Assembly (NCBI RefSeq): GCF_006345805.1
Contig: NC_043006.1
Coordinates: 20,522,001-20,586,000, forward strand
Direction: 5' to 3'
Source: Octopus sinensis
Lineage: Eukaryota
DNA: 64,000 nucleotides
Shown: positions 12,569 to 24,930 of the stretch, piece after piece
How the letters are laid out: each line of letters begins with the position of its first letter
How positions within the stretch are numbered: position 1 is the first letter of the stretch
Notes under the pieces: generated by a model
Told to the model about the DNA's origin: nothing
Seen by the model: the letters and a program-made list of their open reading frames with translations, nothing else
Database searches by the model: none
Position numbers and translations under genes: made by a program

Positions 12569-12790
12569 TGCACCTTCAGTATTCCACTAATGATGTTCAT
12601 TAAATATTTGCCAAAATATAGAAGTGATATTTTCTGCAAGTCATTGCCTCAAAAAACTTGATATTTCACAATGAAAAATAGTCTCAAAGATAAAATCTCA
12701 ACGAAACTGCTTTCTACAGTCATGGGTCATAAAATTTAGGATATATCTAAATATAATTTGTATGGATAAAATTTCCAGTCTTTTGCAATA

Positions 12791-13006
12791 CTCTTTACTC
12801 TTTTACTTGTTTTAGTCATTTGACTGTGGCCATGCTGGAACACCACCTTTTTAGTCGAGCAAATCGACCCCAAGACTTATTCTTTGTAAGACTAGAACTT
12901 ATTTTATCGGCCTCTTTTGCCAAACCGCTAAGTTACAGCGACATAAACACACCAGCATCAGTTGTCAAGCGATGTTGGAGGGACAAATACAGACACACAA
13001 ACATAT

Positions 13007-13040
<34 letters not shown>

Positions 13041-13094
13041 GTGTGTGTGTGATGTTTTATTGATTTAAGTATGTTTCTCCATTTTCTAATTTTG

Positions 13095-13149
<55 letters not shown>

Positions 13150-13320
13150 CATATATACAACGGGGTTCTTTCAGTTTCCGTCTACAAAATCCACTCACAA
13201 GGCTTTGGTCGACCCGAGGCTATAGTATAAGACACTTGCCCAAGATGCCACACAGTGGGACTGAACCCAGAACCATGTGGTTCGTAAACAAGCTACTTAC
13301 CACACAGCCACTCCTACACC
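12791..13320 (-). mobile_element. SINE family A with expanded internal insert
   Basis: Family A tail at the left and head at the right, with an enlarged internal TA/CA tract. Confidence 0.85.
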
Positions 13321-13880
13321 TAGTGAATTTTATTTATACGAAATGTAATGTTTCATGCAACATTCACTTAAGTTTTATATTTAAATAATGTTTCAATAAT
13401 GAAAACATAGTGGTATGTATTCTACCTTGTTTAAGACAAATTTAGCTGCTATTTCTAGCAGATCAAATTACAACTTAGAAGCCTCCTCCTCCTCTGCTTC
13501 CTTCCAAAGAGGTTATGGTCATGAAGGCAAAGTTAGGACTGATCAGACATACCTAATGTGGCACACAGTCTCTGTCAAATACCTATCTGTGATTCATAGA
13601 TGTATTGTAATATTTGTCATAGAGTAGGTAATACTGTGCACTTTGAAATGTCTAAAAATAGCAGCCAAATATTGCTCAAATTATATGTTACTGCATCAAA
13701 AAGTAGAAGGGCACACTAAACAAATATAGTCCTAGATATACAAAAAAAATATAGGATTTCATGTTTGGATTACTTTTGAGCATAACCCTTATGGGATGAA
13801 GGTTGACCGAGGGTTAAACAACAACCATAACACCACACCACACACACACACCAATAACACTACTACTACTACTACTACTA

Positions 13881-13911
<31 letters not shown>

Positions 13912-14250
13912 CACTACTACTACCACCACAAAAACTACTGTAACTAAAACTAAACCCAACAACAAAACACTACCACCACCACCACCACTAACAACAACAA
14001 TAACAACAACAATAACAACACTATTATCACAATCACCACCATCACCAACAAATAACCATGTCACAACCGCCAACACTACTAGAATCACCACAACCACCAC
14101 CAATTTTATACCCAAGTACAATCTCAGATCTAAGAGGAGCCGGCAGTGGGGAAGCAGTGACTTAATGTGTGAATTAGGAACTGGTTACCAACAGGACACA
14201 GAAGTGACAACACTGTGTGTGTGTGTATATACATATATATATATATATAT

Positions 14251-14282
<32 letters not shown>

Positions 14283-14678
14283 ATATATATAATAGAAATA
14301 TTAAAATTACTAAGTCTCTATAAAAGAGATTACGACAGCGTTTACTGGAAATTAATTGTTATCGCCATATTAATATGGCATTCTTATAATATAAGAATAA
14401 TCGCTGCCGCTGGTCAGCTCCATTGGTGGTGGTTGTGGTGATTCTAGTAGTGTTGGCGGTTGTGACATGGTTATTTGTTGGTGATGGTGGTGATTGTGAT
14501 AATAGTGTTGTTATTGTTGTTTGTTAGTGGTGGTGGTAGTGTTTTGTTGTTGGGTTTAGTTTTATCTTAAGGCGGTGGCCTCATGGAGCTGACCAGCGGC
14601 AGCGATTATTCTTATATTATAAGAATGCCATATTAATATGGCGATAACAATTAATTTCCAATATATATATATATATAT

Positions 14679-14978
14679 GCCGGTAGCACGTAAAAGCACC
14701 ATCCGTTCGTGTCCGTTGCCAGCCTTGCCCGGCCCCCGTGCTGGTGGCACGTAAAAACACCATCCGTTCGTGGCCGTTTGCCAGCTGTCTGGCACCTGTG
14801 CAGGTGGCACGTAAAAAGCACCCACTACACTCACAGAGTGGTTGGCGTTAGGAAGGGCATCCAGCCGTAGAAACACTGCCAAATCTGACTGGGCCTGATG
14901 AAGCCTTCCGGCTTCACAGACCCCAGTTAAACCGTCCAACCCATGCTAGCATGGAAAACGGATGCTAAATGATGATGA
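14679..14978 (+). mobile_element. RTE LINE 3' UTR fragment (family of 30229-33414)
   Basis: ggtggcacgtaaaaagcacc repeats, ggttggcgttaggaagggcatccagc, and a tail ending ggatgctaaatgatgatgatg. Further fragments lie at 4970-5200(-), 24935-25152(+), 25425-25575(-), 40560-40735(+) and 50190-50425(+). Confidence 0.85.
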
Positions 14979-15201
14979 TGATAACATTACTTTGTATAAT
15001 TAGGGTTCAGCAAAAAAATTTTACTTTACCACACACCGAACTTTTAGAAATAGCAGCCAAAGAATTTAGCTTTTTCCTCTACTATAAGAAGAGTCTCCCA
15101 GACAATGTATACTCAAAAACAATTCATGTAGGCTTGGTAAAATTATTAATTACAAATTAATTAATTTTACCCTTATTATTATTGACATATATATATATAT
15201 A

Positions 15202-15714
15202 TCTTTATATATAAAACTGTAGTTGTGTGAGTGTCTGTCCCCTTCGATTTAGATTCCTAACTACTCCCACATTTTGCGGTGCAGTTTAACCAAACTCGGG
15301 TATCTTATAGTCGTGATTCATATCGAGCCCGTCTGGGTATTAGCGCGCGTCTACGATGAGTCTACGATTTAAAAAATAATTTAACATCATTTTTTATTCC
15401 ATTTTAATGCATAATTTTTCGTGTGTCGATGGCGGCGGAGTTGGCGTCCATGGTCACACCTGCACCTGTTTGCTTCTCCCCCTTCTTCCCTCCCTCGTGA
15501 AGCTGTGGGGAAGGGAGTGTAAGGAAATCAACGTTGTAAAGCGTTGTCAAGGAGACCAGCGTTCTTTTAGAACAACGACTTCATGGCTTGAAGACACCAA
15601 AACAGAAATGGCTAAGAAAGCCCGAATTGGCATCTATAAGGGAAGTAACTCTCTAAAAATGCTTATATAGTTATTTCCCTTACAAACCCGAGCAACGCCG
15701 GGCGATACTGCTAG
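15202..15714 (+). mobile_element. Non-autonomous Helitron
   Basis: Starts TC after A, has a 3' hairpin cccgagcaacgccggg (15687-15702) and ends CTAG followed by T. No TSD. Confidence 0.85.
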
Positions 15715-15991
15715 TATATATATATATATATGTATGTATATATATATAAATAAATATATATATTTCTTTACTACCCACAAGGGGCTAAACACAGAGGGGA
15801 CAAACAAGGACAAACAAACGAATTAAGTTGATTACATCAACCCCAGTGCGTAACCTCGAAAAGATGAAAGGCAAAGTCGACCTCGGCGGAATTTGAACTC
15901 AGAACACAGCGGCGGACGAAATACCGCAAAAATCTCATTTTATATTTACCATCATGTGGACTCTTCCTCTGAATTTTCCACCCATATATAT

Positions 15992-16039
<48 letters not shown>

Positions 16040-16040
<1 letters not shown>

Positions 16041-16255
16041 CACCATTTTTTCCTCTGTCTTCCCTTCTTATTTATTCTTTATTGCAATACTGTAATAAAG
16101 AAATACCTTCTCTGGATCTTTCCTTCTCCTATGTTTCCGACAAAGAGCTCCCCTCGAAACGTTCTTTCCTGAGCGTCCAATAATACTATATTTGTTCCAC
16201 GTCCTCGTGTTGTTGTTGTTTTTTTTTGTGCTTTCTTGTTTGGATTAACTTTATA
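16040..16255 (+). mobile_element. Short Penelope-like repeat (type B) with a degenerate hammerhead-like motif at 16133-16163
   Basis: ttt-CCGACAA-A-GAGC-tcc-CCTC-GAA-ACGT-T. It shares flanks (ttcctctgtcttcccttctt; tttcctga.cgtc..ataatac) with 26245-26420. Confidence 0.5.
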
Positions 16256-16260
16256 TATAT

Positions 16261-16308
<48 letters not shown>

Positions 16309-17000
16309 TAGATAAATGAATTATCTATTACGGATAATTCGAAAGATAACCGATACCTGGGTAGCAAACTCACAACAGAAAGAACACGGAGTATATATAT
16401 ATATATATATATATATAAATTATAAAATAATGAAGGTGGTTAGATACACTATAAAATCAAAAAGGAAAAATTCCAATACCATTAATAGTGACTGAGGGTG
16501 CAAAGTATATATTTTTATGTATGTATGTATGTATACATGTGTGTATGTATGTATATATATATTCACACACACACCATACAATATATCTATACATATATAA
16601 TGTGTGTATGTACATGCACATACACAAACACCACACACACATACATACACAAATGTATAAACAACATGGATACACTATGGGCAGGGGTGTAGAAGGTGGT
16701 ACGCAGAACAGTCTGTATGCTAGCTGACACATGCTGAATTCAAAACATGGTTATTAGCAAAACCTCTTTAATTAGACGAAGAAACAAAATTGTTGCGTTG
16801 GTAAGTGGGGTGGTTGGGTGGAGACACTTTACAACAAACAGAATGGCTTCGGATTCACAAGGACCAGGTCAGTACATGAAATAGGTGAGCTGTTCTTCTT
16901 GAAAACATACCTTACCTAAAACTCCCCAGCAACTGTTGACAGAACTTCTAGTCACCTAGAAACAAGCGAGTGTCATCCAGTGGCTTTACCACAATATGTG

Positions 17001-17720
17001 CAAGCTAAGAGAGCCTCTCCGTGAAAAGCTTGACTAATCATAAATAGCAGCCAAATCTATCTTAAATCATATTCTGCTGTCCTAATAAAAAGGAGGGATG
17101 CAGTGGAGGATATGTACAAGCTAAGAGAGCTTCTCTGTGAAAAGCTTGACTGGCTATAAATAACAGGCAAATCATATCCTCAAATCTCAAATGATATCCT
17201 GCTGTTGTAATAAAAAAGAAGTATGCACTGGAGGATATATGGAAGCACTCCGTCGGTTACAACGACGAGGGTTCCGGTTGATCTGAATCAACGGAACAGC
17301 CTGCTCGTGAAATTAACGTGTAAGTGGCTGAGCACTCCACAGACACGTGTACCCTTAACGTAGTTCTCGGGGATATTCAGCGTGACACAGAGAGTGACAA
17401 GGCCGGCCCTTTGAAATACAGGTACAACAGAAACAGGAAGTAAGAGTGAGAGAAAGTTGTGGTGAAAGAGTACAGCAGGGATCACCACCATCCCCTGCCG
17501 GAGCCTCGTGGAGCTTTAGGTGTTTTCGCGCAATAAACACTCACAACGCCCGGTCTGGGAATCGAAACCGCGATCCTACGACCGCGAGTCCGCTGCCCTA
17601 ACCACTGGGCCATTGCGCCTCCAACGGAGGATATATACAGGCTAAGAAAGCCTCCCTGTGAAGAGCTCGACTGGCTATAAATAGCAGCCAAATGTATCTC
17701 AAATCACTGGATGGTATAGG
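17001..17720 (+). repeat. About 116-124 bp tandem repeat (3 copies) interrupted by a SINE C insertion
   Basis: The unit caagctaagagagc..tgaaaagcttgact..ataaatagcagccaaat...ggaggatat starts near 17001, 17117 and 17637. Confidence 0.7.
17241..17625 (-). mobile_element. SINE family C, tail type 1, full length
   Basis: tRNA-like head at the right end. TSD ggaggatatat at 17230-17240 and 17626-17636. Confidence 0.9.
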
Positions 17721-17999
17721 TCTACCTGCCCCTGAAATAACACACAGGGCGTTTGGGCAACTGATTTTCTTTTTAGGTTTCCTTGTTTTTCCGCATTTAT
17801 ACAAATTTTTATACTTTTGTTTATGTCTCTTTTTCAAGAACAGCTTGGTGTATTAGCAAACAGTCAATAACATCGGAAAGATCAGAGATGCAGTTGAGAA
17901 AAGGTTAGTAGACATGGAGGTGTGGCAGCCACCTGAATATTGGAAAAGAGTTACCTGCATTGTGATGATTTAGTGCTAGGTATCAAAATGCCAGCATTA

Positions 18000-18382
18000 T
18001 GACTGCTGCTGCTGCTGTTGAGCAAACGGTCTTCGTCCCAGAGCTCGCAAGATGGGATAAGTCCGAAATGTGGTCCTCTGCTATTCGTAAGACCCGCAGA
18101 AGAGAAAACAGGTCAACCCCCGACACCAAGAGCATCGACGGATGGATGAATGCGTATCCAGGCTCAGCTGTTGCGTAGGAAGTCGGGGACAAGAAACGGG
18201 AAGAAAGAGAGAAAGTTGGAGCGAAAAAGTACAACAGGGGTCGCCACCACCCCCTGCCAGAGCCTCGTGGAGTTTTAGGTGTTTTCGATCAATAAACACA
18301 CACAACGCCCAGTCTGGGAATCAAAACCGCGATCCTCCGACTGCGAGTCCACTGCCCCAACCATTGGGCCATTGCGCCTCCA
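18000..18382 (-). mobile_element. SINE family C, tail type 2
   Basis: Same head and core as 17241-17625 but an unrelated 3' module ending in (CAG)n. Confidence 0.8.
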
Positions 18383-18539
18383 CTATGACTGCTGCTCAAT
18401 GCTCTGTGAACACTGTAAAAGTTATAAGACATGTCATCGACAGCTGTGGCTGAGACTACAAAGCTGTAGCTTGCAAGAAGAGACACAGCAGGTGTCCTAT
18501 GTCCACATGCTGGAATCCCTTTCCACAACTTTGAACAAG

Positions 18540-18930
18540 GTTTTGGGCTCAATTCAGACAGTTATGTGAAGCTGCCAGAGTCTGGTCAATTCCTGGCAGG
18601 AGGGGGTTGCTGCTGGAAGGTCATATGAGAGGCAGCAGGATTTGGTTCCTAGTCATACCTCTGGAAAGAGTCAGAAGTGGTTGTCAGAGAATTTCTAAGA
18701 ATTCACCAGTCCCAATTTCTGACCTCCTAATTCCATCAATTGTAATCCCATATGTGGGGAGTATTTAAGAAAGGCAACAATTGCTCTGCCTGCAACACCA
18801 AGGCTGAGCTGGTGAACAAAATCAAAATAAATGTTTGAAGATCTTCCAGGGACACAGTGAGGAATGTGCGTGCCGGGTTCCAAAGCTGTCTTGAGGTTGT
18901 GGTAGAAACTGAAGGCCAGCTTCTTTGACT
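18540..18930 (+). mobile_element. Decayed Tc1/mariner transposase, C-terminal half (maT/DD37D-like)
   Basis: Fragments GLNSDSYVKL, VAAGRSYERQQDLVPSHTSGKSQKWLSENF, PPNS..CNP and RFQSCLEVVVETEG, with stops and frameshifts. Confidence 0.75.
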
Positions 18931-18934
18931 AAAC

Positions 18935-19875
18935 TGTTGTCATCCAAGAAGACATGGGACGAAGTGGTGGAAAAGGATCTTTGGATGCTGAGCCTCACTG
19001 AGGAAATGACAAGGAACCAGGAGATGTGGTGATTTGCTGTACTTGATAAGACACATCAAGGTAAGTAACATTGCTGTCTTCCACACATACCTATTTCTTT
19101 ATTACCCACAAGGGGCTAAACACAGAGGGGACAAACAAGGACAGACATAGGTATTAAGTCGATTACATCGACCCCAGTGCGTAACTGGTACTTAATTTAT
19201 CGACCCCGAAAGGATGAAAGGCAAAGTTGACCTCGGCGGAATTTGAACTCACAACGTAAGGACAGACGAAATACTGCTAAGCATTTCGCCCGGGGTGCTA
19301 ATATTTCTGCCAGCTCACCGCCTTAGCCAGCTTGTGTCTTCCACACATACCGGCTTGTCTTTTCAGGTATTAGTGTCACTTAAAAAATTACCCATGTCGG
19401 TGCTATGTTAATGCACCCATGCTAGTGCTGCATAAACACACTCATGACAGTGGAAAGTAAAAAGCATCCACCACATTCTGTTAAGTGGTTGGCATAAGGA
19501 AGGGCATCCAGCTGTAAAAACCATGCCACAACAGACAGTTGGAGTTCAGACAGTTCCCTGATAGCCAGCTTCATGTCAAACCTATTTCTTTACCACCCAC
19601 AAGGGGCTAAACACAGAGGGGACAAGCAAGGACAGACAAACGGATTAAGTCGATTATATCGATCCCAGTGCGTAACTGGTACTTAATTTATCGACCCGAA
19701 AGGATGAAAGGCAAAGTCGACCTCGGCGGAATTTGAACTCAAAATATAACGGCAGACGAAATATGGCTACACATTTCGCCCGGCGTGCTAACATTTCTGC
19801 CAGCTCACCGCCTTCATGTCAAACCATCCAACCCATGCCAGCATCGAAAGTGGATGTTAAACGATAATGACAACG
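18935..19875 (+). mobile_element. RTE LINE 3' fragment interrupted by two family B SINEs (about 19090-19322 and 19580-19812, minus strand)
   Basis: KKTWDEVVEKDLWMLSLTEEMTRN matches the RTE C-terminus. SINE TSDs are tgtcttccacacatacc (19075-19091/19335-19351) and cttcatgtcaaacc (19569-19582/19812-19825). Confidence 0.85.
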
Positions 19876-19889
19876 AAGATTACTCTTGA

Positions 19890-20420
19890 CGTGCCTATGC
19901 ACCCGTTCTTCTCTTTGGCTCTTTTACAGTTCACTTTTCTGATCTTATTTTATGTGCTGTTAATGTACTCCAAGCTGCCATTGTTTTTCTTAAATGAACT
20001 TAAGGTTGTTTTCTGTTTCCTCTTTTAACCTTTTTGCAACAAGTTGTAGTGCATCAGAGAACTGTATGCAATAAGTTCACCATTATAATTTCTGAGAGTT
20101 CAGGAAATAACTGGGTATGGAGCAACCCCTTCTCATAAACACAGAATCCCAGGAAGCACTAGAACTATACATGTGACTAGAAGGTCCAACACCTTTCCTT
20201 GATTAGTTTCATGAAATGAGATATGTCAAAGTTCAGTGCCTCGTTTAGGAAACACATTAGTCGTTTATGGTAGTTACATAAATTGGTAGTCCAGACATAT
20301 CTTGCCTTGGATCTTCAACTCCCGACGTAGCTCTAGGAATAGCATTGTAGATTCTTGGGTATTTTTTAGACCTGGTCGAGCCCATTCTTCTTCATGTCTT
20401 ACAACAGCTTATTTCTTACA
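19890..20420 (-). mobile_element. Possible highly decayed R4/Dong-like ORF fragment
   Basis: Minus-strand WTTNLCNYHKRLMCFLNEALN resembles the pre-RT region of R4-type ORFs. Many stops. Confidence 0.3.
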
Positions 20421-20529
20421 GAAAGAGTGACAAACAAAAACAAAGAGAGAGAAGAATCAAATGCCCAAAAATGATGTAAAGATGACTTTAGTAAGATTTG
20501 AACTCAGAGCACAAAGAGCCAGATACATC

Positions 20530-20635
20530 GCTAACCACTACACATTCTTTATTTTCTCTCATTGTTTCTTTCTGAGTTCCTTTCTGTGGAAGAGCTTAGG
20601 CTCGAAATGTTAAAGACTTTTTCACTTCCTGATGC
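20530..20635 (+). mobile_element. Short Penelope-like repeat (type A) with a hammerhead-like motif at 20580-20615
   Basis: cttt-CTGTGGA-A-GAGC-ttag-GCTC-GAA-ATGT-T-aaag. Confidence 0.55.
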
Positions 20636-20639
20636 TCTA

Positions 20640-21730
20640 ATGAGTGCTAAGCAACCCTGCTATGGCAAACAACAGAGTGGTATGGTATGTGTGAGGATTT
20701 AAACTTGTCTCGAGCTCTCGAGGTTACAGAATGCACCATTGTGAATGAGGACATCTGGTATAAGTTTATGAGATATGGAAGGGTCAGTTTATGCTAGATG
20801 TTACAAGAGAATCATCTGATCTGTACAAAGTGCTTGCTAGACAATTTAAAACACCAAAAGTCTGAAATGCTTTGGTTTTTCTCTGATCAAGACCAAAAGG
20901 TAAACCTATTTCTTTACTACCCACAAGGGGCTAAACACAGAGAGGACAAACAAGGACAGACAAATGGATTAAGTCGATTATATCGACCCCAGTGCTTAAC
21001 TGGTACTTAATTTATCGACCCCGAAAGGATGAAAGGCAAAGTCGACCTCGGCGGAATTTGAACTCAGAACGTAACGGCAGACGAAATACGGCTACGCATT
21101 TCACCCGGCGTGCTAACGTTTCTGCCAGCTCGCCACCAAAAGGTAAACCGAAGGAATAACAGTTATGCAGAGACCCAAATGAGATTCCAACAGACAGACA
21201 TACTCAGTTTTCTAGCAACTGCTGTCTACATAGAGGTGTTAGAGAAAGTTGTGAGGTCCTGGATAGGCAGAGAACACAACAGAAGGCTATAAGTCTTCCA
21301 ATAAGACTCTGCATTGCCTCATAAGTCTATGACAACATAAGTATGAATGAATGAATGCCAATCTCCATGATCATGTTTTCTCAGACACATGGCCACCAGA
21401 CCTCAATCCACTGGGCTATAATGAATAGGGAATAATCAAGAGAGAAGCCAATCAACACTCCCGAAACATCATACAATCTTTCAAGTCCACCTTAACTAGC
21501 ACTATGTCCAAAATCGATAAAGATCGTCTGAGTCGCATGTGTCAACATTTCCAACCCCCTGTATTGAAGCAGTCATTGATGCTAACAGTGGATTCATTGA
21601 ACAGGTGTAATAAACGGATTCTTAAGATTATTTATACCAATTTATTTTCAATTACAGGTTTCTTTGATGAGCCATGCATCTTTTTCTAAATTCATACAAA
21701 TGACCTCTAAAAACTGATGCACCCCTCATA
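20640..21730 (+). mobile_element. Decayed mariner-like (maT/DD37D-like) element with a SINE B insertion at about 20904-21134
   Basis: Fragments MLWFFSDQDQKVN|RRN, AVYIEVLEKVVRSWI, VFQ*DSA, TWPP..DLNPL and IEAVIDANSGFIE. SINE TSD accaaaaggtaaacc at 20892-20906 and 21135-21149. Confidence 0.8.
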
Positions 21731-22486
21731 TACATGATGGGCTTCTTTCAGTTTCCGTCTACCAAATCCACTAACAAAGCTTCTGGTTGACCTGGAGTTA
21801 TAGTAGAAGGCACTTATCTAAGGTGCTGTGGAGTGGGCCTGAACCCAAGACCATATAGCTGGGAAGCAAGTATCTTAACCATACAGTCCATGCTTCTGTG
21901 CCTGTAGCTTATGAATTAATAAACCATAAAACTCAGATGTGGGTTGCTATATAACCGTACGTGAGTATTTGATTCTGTTCTTTTCCAACATTCTGACTGT
22001 ACCACTACACCTAAGGCAGATACTATTATTTCAACATTCTGACCTATCCATTTCTTGCCCCTCATCTTTTGGTCCCATATTTCTCCTTCACTTCATTTCC
22101 CAATTTTTTTTTTTTTTTACTGAAAAGCAAGGGCGAACAATAGCTTCACCTTAACTTATTTTCATTGGAAGGAAAACAACCCAAATCATTGAGGTGGGCT
22201 TGTTGTTTGCCAAATGAGGACAGACTAACAATAACTGCACCATACTTTATTCTCATGTCAAGGACAACAGGTTATAACATCACGCTTTTCACTCCTTGCA
22301 ACAATTTAACTTATTGAAATTTTGTGAACACTCTCTCAACACGATAAGGTGATTCTTTTGAATAAATAGTGTCAGTTTTAAAAAATGTGGGTGAATGCGT
22401 GTATGGTAAGAAGAAGGAGAGAAGTCTATATAAAATGAGAGAAAAGAAGAGCAGCCAAGTGGAAAAATGTTCACAAAAGATACCAT

Positions 22487-22885
22487 AGGCGCAGGAGTGG
22501 CTGTGTGGTAAGTAGCTTGTCTACCAACCACATGGTTCCGGGTTCAGTCCCACTGCGTGGCACCTTGGGCAAGTGTCTTCTACTGTAGCCTCGGGCCGAC
22601 CAAAGCCTTGTGAGTGGATTTGGTAGACGGAAACTGAAAGAAGCCCGTCGTATATATGTATATGTATGTATGTGTGTGTGTATTTGTGTGTCTGTGTTTG
22701 TCCCCTAGCATTGCTTGACAACCGATGCTGGTGCGTTTATGTCCCCGTTACTTAGCGGTTCGGCCTAAGAGACCGATAGAATAAGTACTGGGCTTACAAA
22801 AGAATAAGTCTCGGGGTCGAGTTGCTCGACTAAAGGCGGTGCTGCAGCATGGCCGCAGTCAAATGACTGAAACAGGTATAAGAAT
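22487..22885 (+). mobile_element. SINE family A, full length
   Basis: Canonical head, body and tail. Confidence 0.9.
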
Positions 22886-23189
22886 AAGAATTACCAGCAA
22901 AGGAGGGAAACAATGCAAGTGTGTATGTGTATGAGAGCATGTGTTTGTGTGTATGTACACACAAGTAGGTGGTACACATAATACTGGTTTTGCATTTAAA
23001 CTTAGTGAGGTCTAAAAGTGTATAAGGCTTGAAGGATACTAGTTTAACTAGGATGCCACTACCAAAATGTCTCACAAAAACTGATGATAAAAATCTAAAG
23101 AAAAATCCCCCTAAAAAGGAGAGATCTCCAAGGGTTACTTGTGAAATCTCCATAAAAGCTTGCTCACACTAAGAAAAGTGGTCTTTCAC

Positions 23190-24930
23190 ATTTGGCCTCG
23201 AATCTACACCTACATGCTCAGACCAGTCCTGTTCACATGGACCATGCATTCTACTCCCATCCACCTTTCTACAAATTTGCTTGGAAGCAGGACTTCTCTT
23301 TCCACCCACTTGACTTTACAAGTGTAACTTGAAAAAGTTGATGATGGTTTAGCCACAACGGAAGATGCCTGCCTTCAGCACTTTTAATTTTGTCCACTGC
23401 ACAAACTCTTACACCAAAGCCACTAGACAGATAAAGACTCTCTACACTTCAAGGTATAAGTAAGCTGGTAGAATCGTTAGCACGCTGGGCGAAATGCGTA
23501 GCCGTATTTCGTCTGCCGTTACGTTCTGAGTTCAAATTCCGCCGAGGTTGACTTTGCCTTTCATCCTTTCGGGGTCGATAAATTAAGTACCAGTTACGCA
23601 CTGGGGGTCGATGTAATCAACTTAATCCGTTTGTCTGTCCTTGTTTGTCCCCTCTATGTTTAGCCCCTTGTGGGTAGTAAAGAAATAAGGATGATCTTCA
23701 CAGTAGACTTAGCTGATAGCTGGAGCCATCCTACATATGATACCAGCTGTTTGGTGTAATTCCACAAGTCAGTAATGCTCAAGCACTTGATGAGCGTATG
23801 TAGAATGACTTCTTTGCTCTGCATGTATCTCAGACAGGTCCAGCTAACAGCACTTCCATAACTGTAGATTTATCTTGTATCAGTGGGTAGCCACTACACA
23901 CATTTTTGTCTCTCCTTGCTTTTTCTGTGTCCCTTTCTGTAGAAGAGCGTGGGCTCGAAATGTAAAAGACTTTTTCTATTCCTGACCGTTATACTAATAC
24001 ATCTGTGTGTTTTGTACACCACCTGTCTTCGTTTTTTTTTTTTTTTCGTAAACTCTCCCAGTAGCACTGCCATACCAGGGATTTCTGGAAATTACCCAGG
24101 AGTTCTGGTTTGAAAGTCCTCCAGAACAGACCAGATATTTAAGTTTCACTGATGCCCAGAGTTCTCCAAGAAAGCAATTGCTTGAGCATAAAACTCATCC
24201 TTTACAGAATGCCGCAGAACTTCCACCTACCACTTTACTCAACTTGTAGAAGGCTATAAGTACTTGATGACATTCCAGATACCAAATGCCCCATCTTGGT
24301 CAAGACAGCAGCTCTGTCAAAGAAATGAGATGGAGAAAAAACATATATCTGACAAAAAGTAACCACACCAGTTCAACATCAAGAAATTGCTAGAGATACT
24401 GCAGCCTAAGTGCATGCCCAGGCATCATCAGCCAAGGAAATGCTCAGACCTCCATGCAGCATGAGGGTGGTCAGTCTCGTCAAGATATGGACCAAGAGGA
24501 AGATATCCTTGAAAGGTCAACCAGAAGGGGGTGAATGACTCTATATCTCTTCTATCAACACAAGCATGAAGACTGAGCATGTCACAGATGATGATGTACA
24601 AGCAAGTGCTGAGGCTGCCACATGTCCAGCAATTCATTGACAGTGAAACGGTGTGGTCAGTGTTTGTCAGAAGCATTTTTTAGCAGTTCATCTCTTTGAT
24701 GTCAAATCGTGGATCAAGCAAAGAACAAGTTAGAGTTGTTAACATCTGAAATGTCACCAAACACAGTTCTCCACTAGTCAAACAATGCAGGAAGTGAAAG
24801 TCCATCAACATTTTATAGAAGATTTGTGGTAGTCAAAAAGACAACACAGTGACCCAACTCTTTTGAAATCTCACAAACAATAGGATGTAGTACAGCCTGC
24901 CTGCCTGATCTTCAGTATTTACTATAGATG
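23190..24930 (-). mobile_element. Decayed L1/Tx1-like LINE ORF2 C-terminal region, interrupted by a SINE B (23460-23689) and a type A Penelope-like repeat (23890-24060)
   Basis: Minus-strand fragments HGGLSIPWLMM..HALRLQYL, FQKSLVWQCY, YSYGSAVSWTCLRYMQSKEVILHTLIKC (degenerate CCHC region) and VEREVLLPSKFVERW. Confidence 0.6.
23890..24060 (+). mobile_element. Short Penelope-like repeat (type A) with a hammerhead-like motif at 23933-23968
   Basis: cttt-CTGTAGA-A-GAGC-gtgg-GCTC-GAA-ATGT-A-aaag. Homologous to 63795-63968. Confidence 0.6.

Noticed and set aside
13796-14323. Thr-rich mucin-like 175-aa ORF
   Set aside because: Made of ACT/CAC/AAC trinucleotide repeats running into (TA)n. No splice or domain support.
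16310-16392. Possible fourth hammerhead-like repeat (aattatc...gataattcgaaa)
   Set aside because: No recognisable CUGANGA core or cleavage triplet.
16905-16925. Minus-strand TTTTAG|GTAAG recursive splice site
   Set aside because: The upstream pyrimidine tract is poor and the host transcript is unproven.
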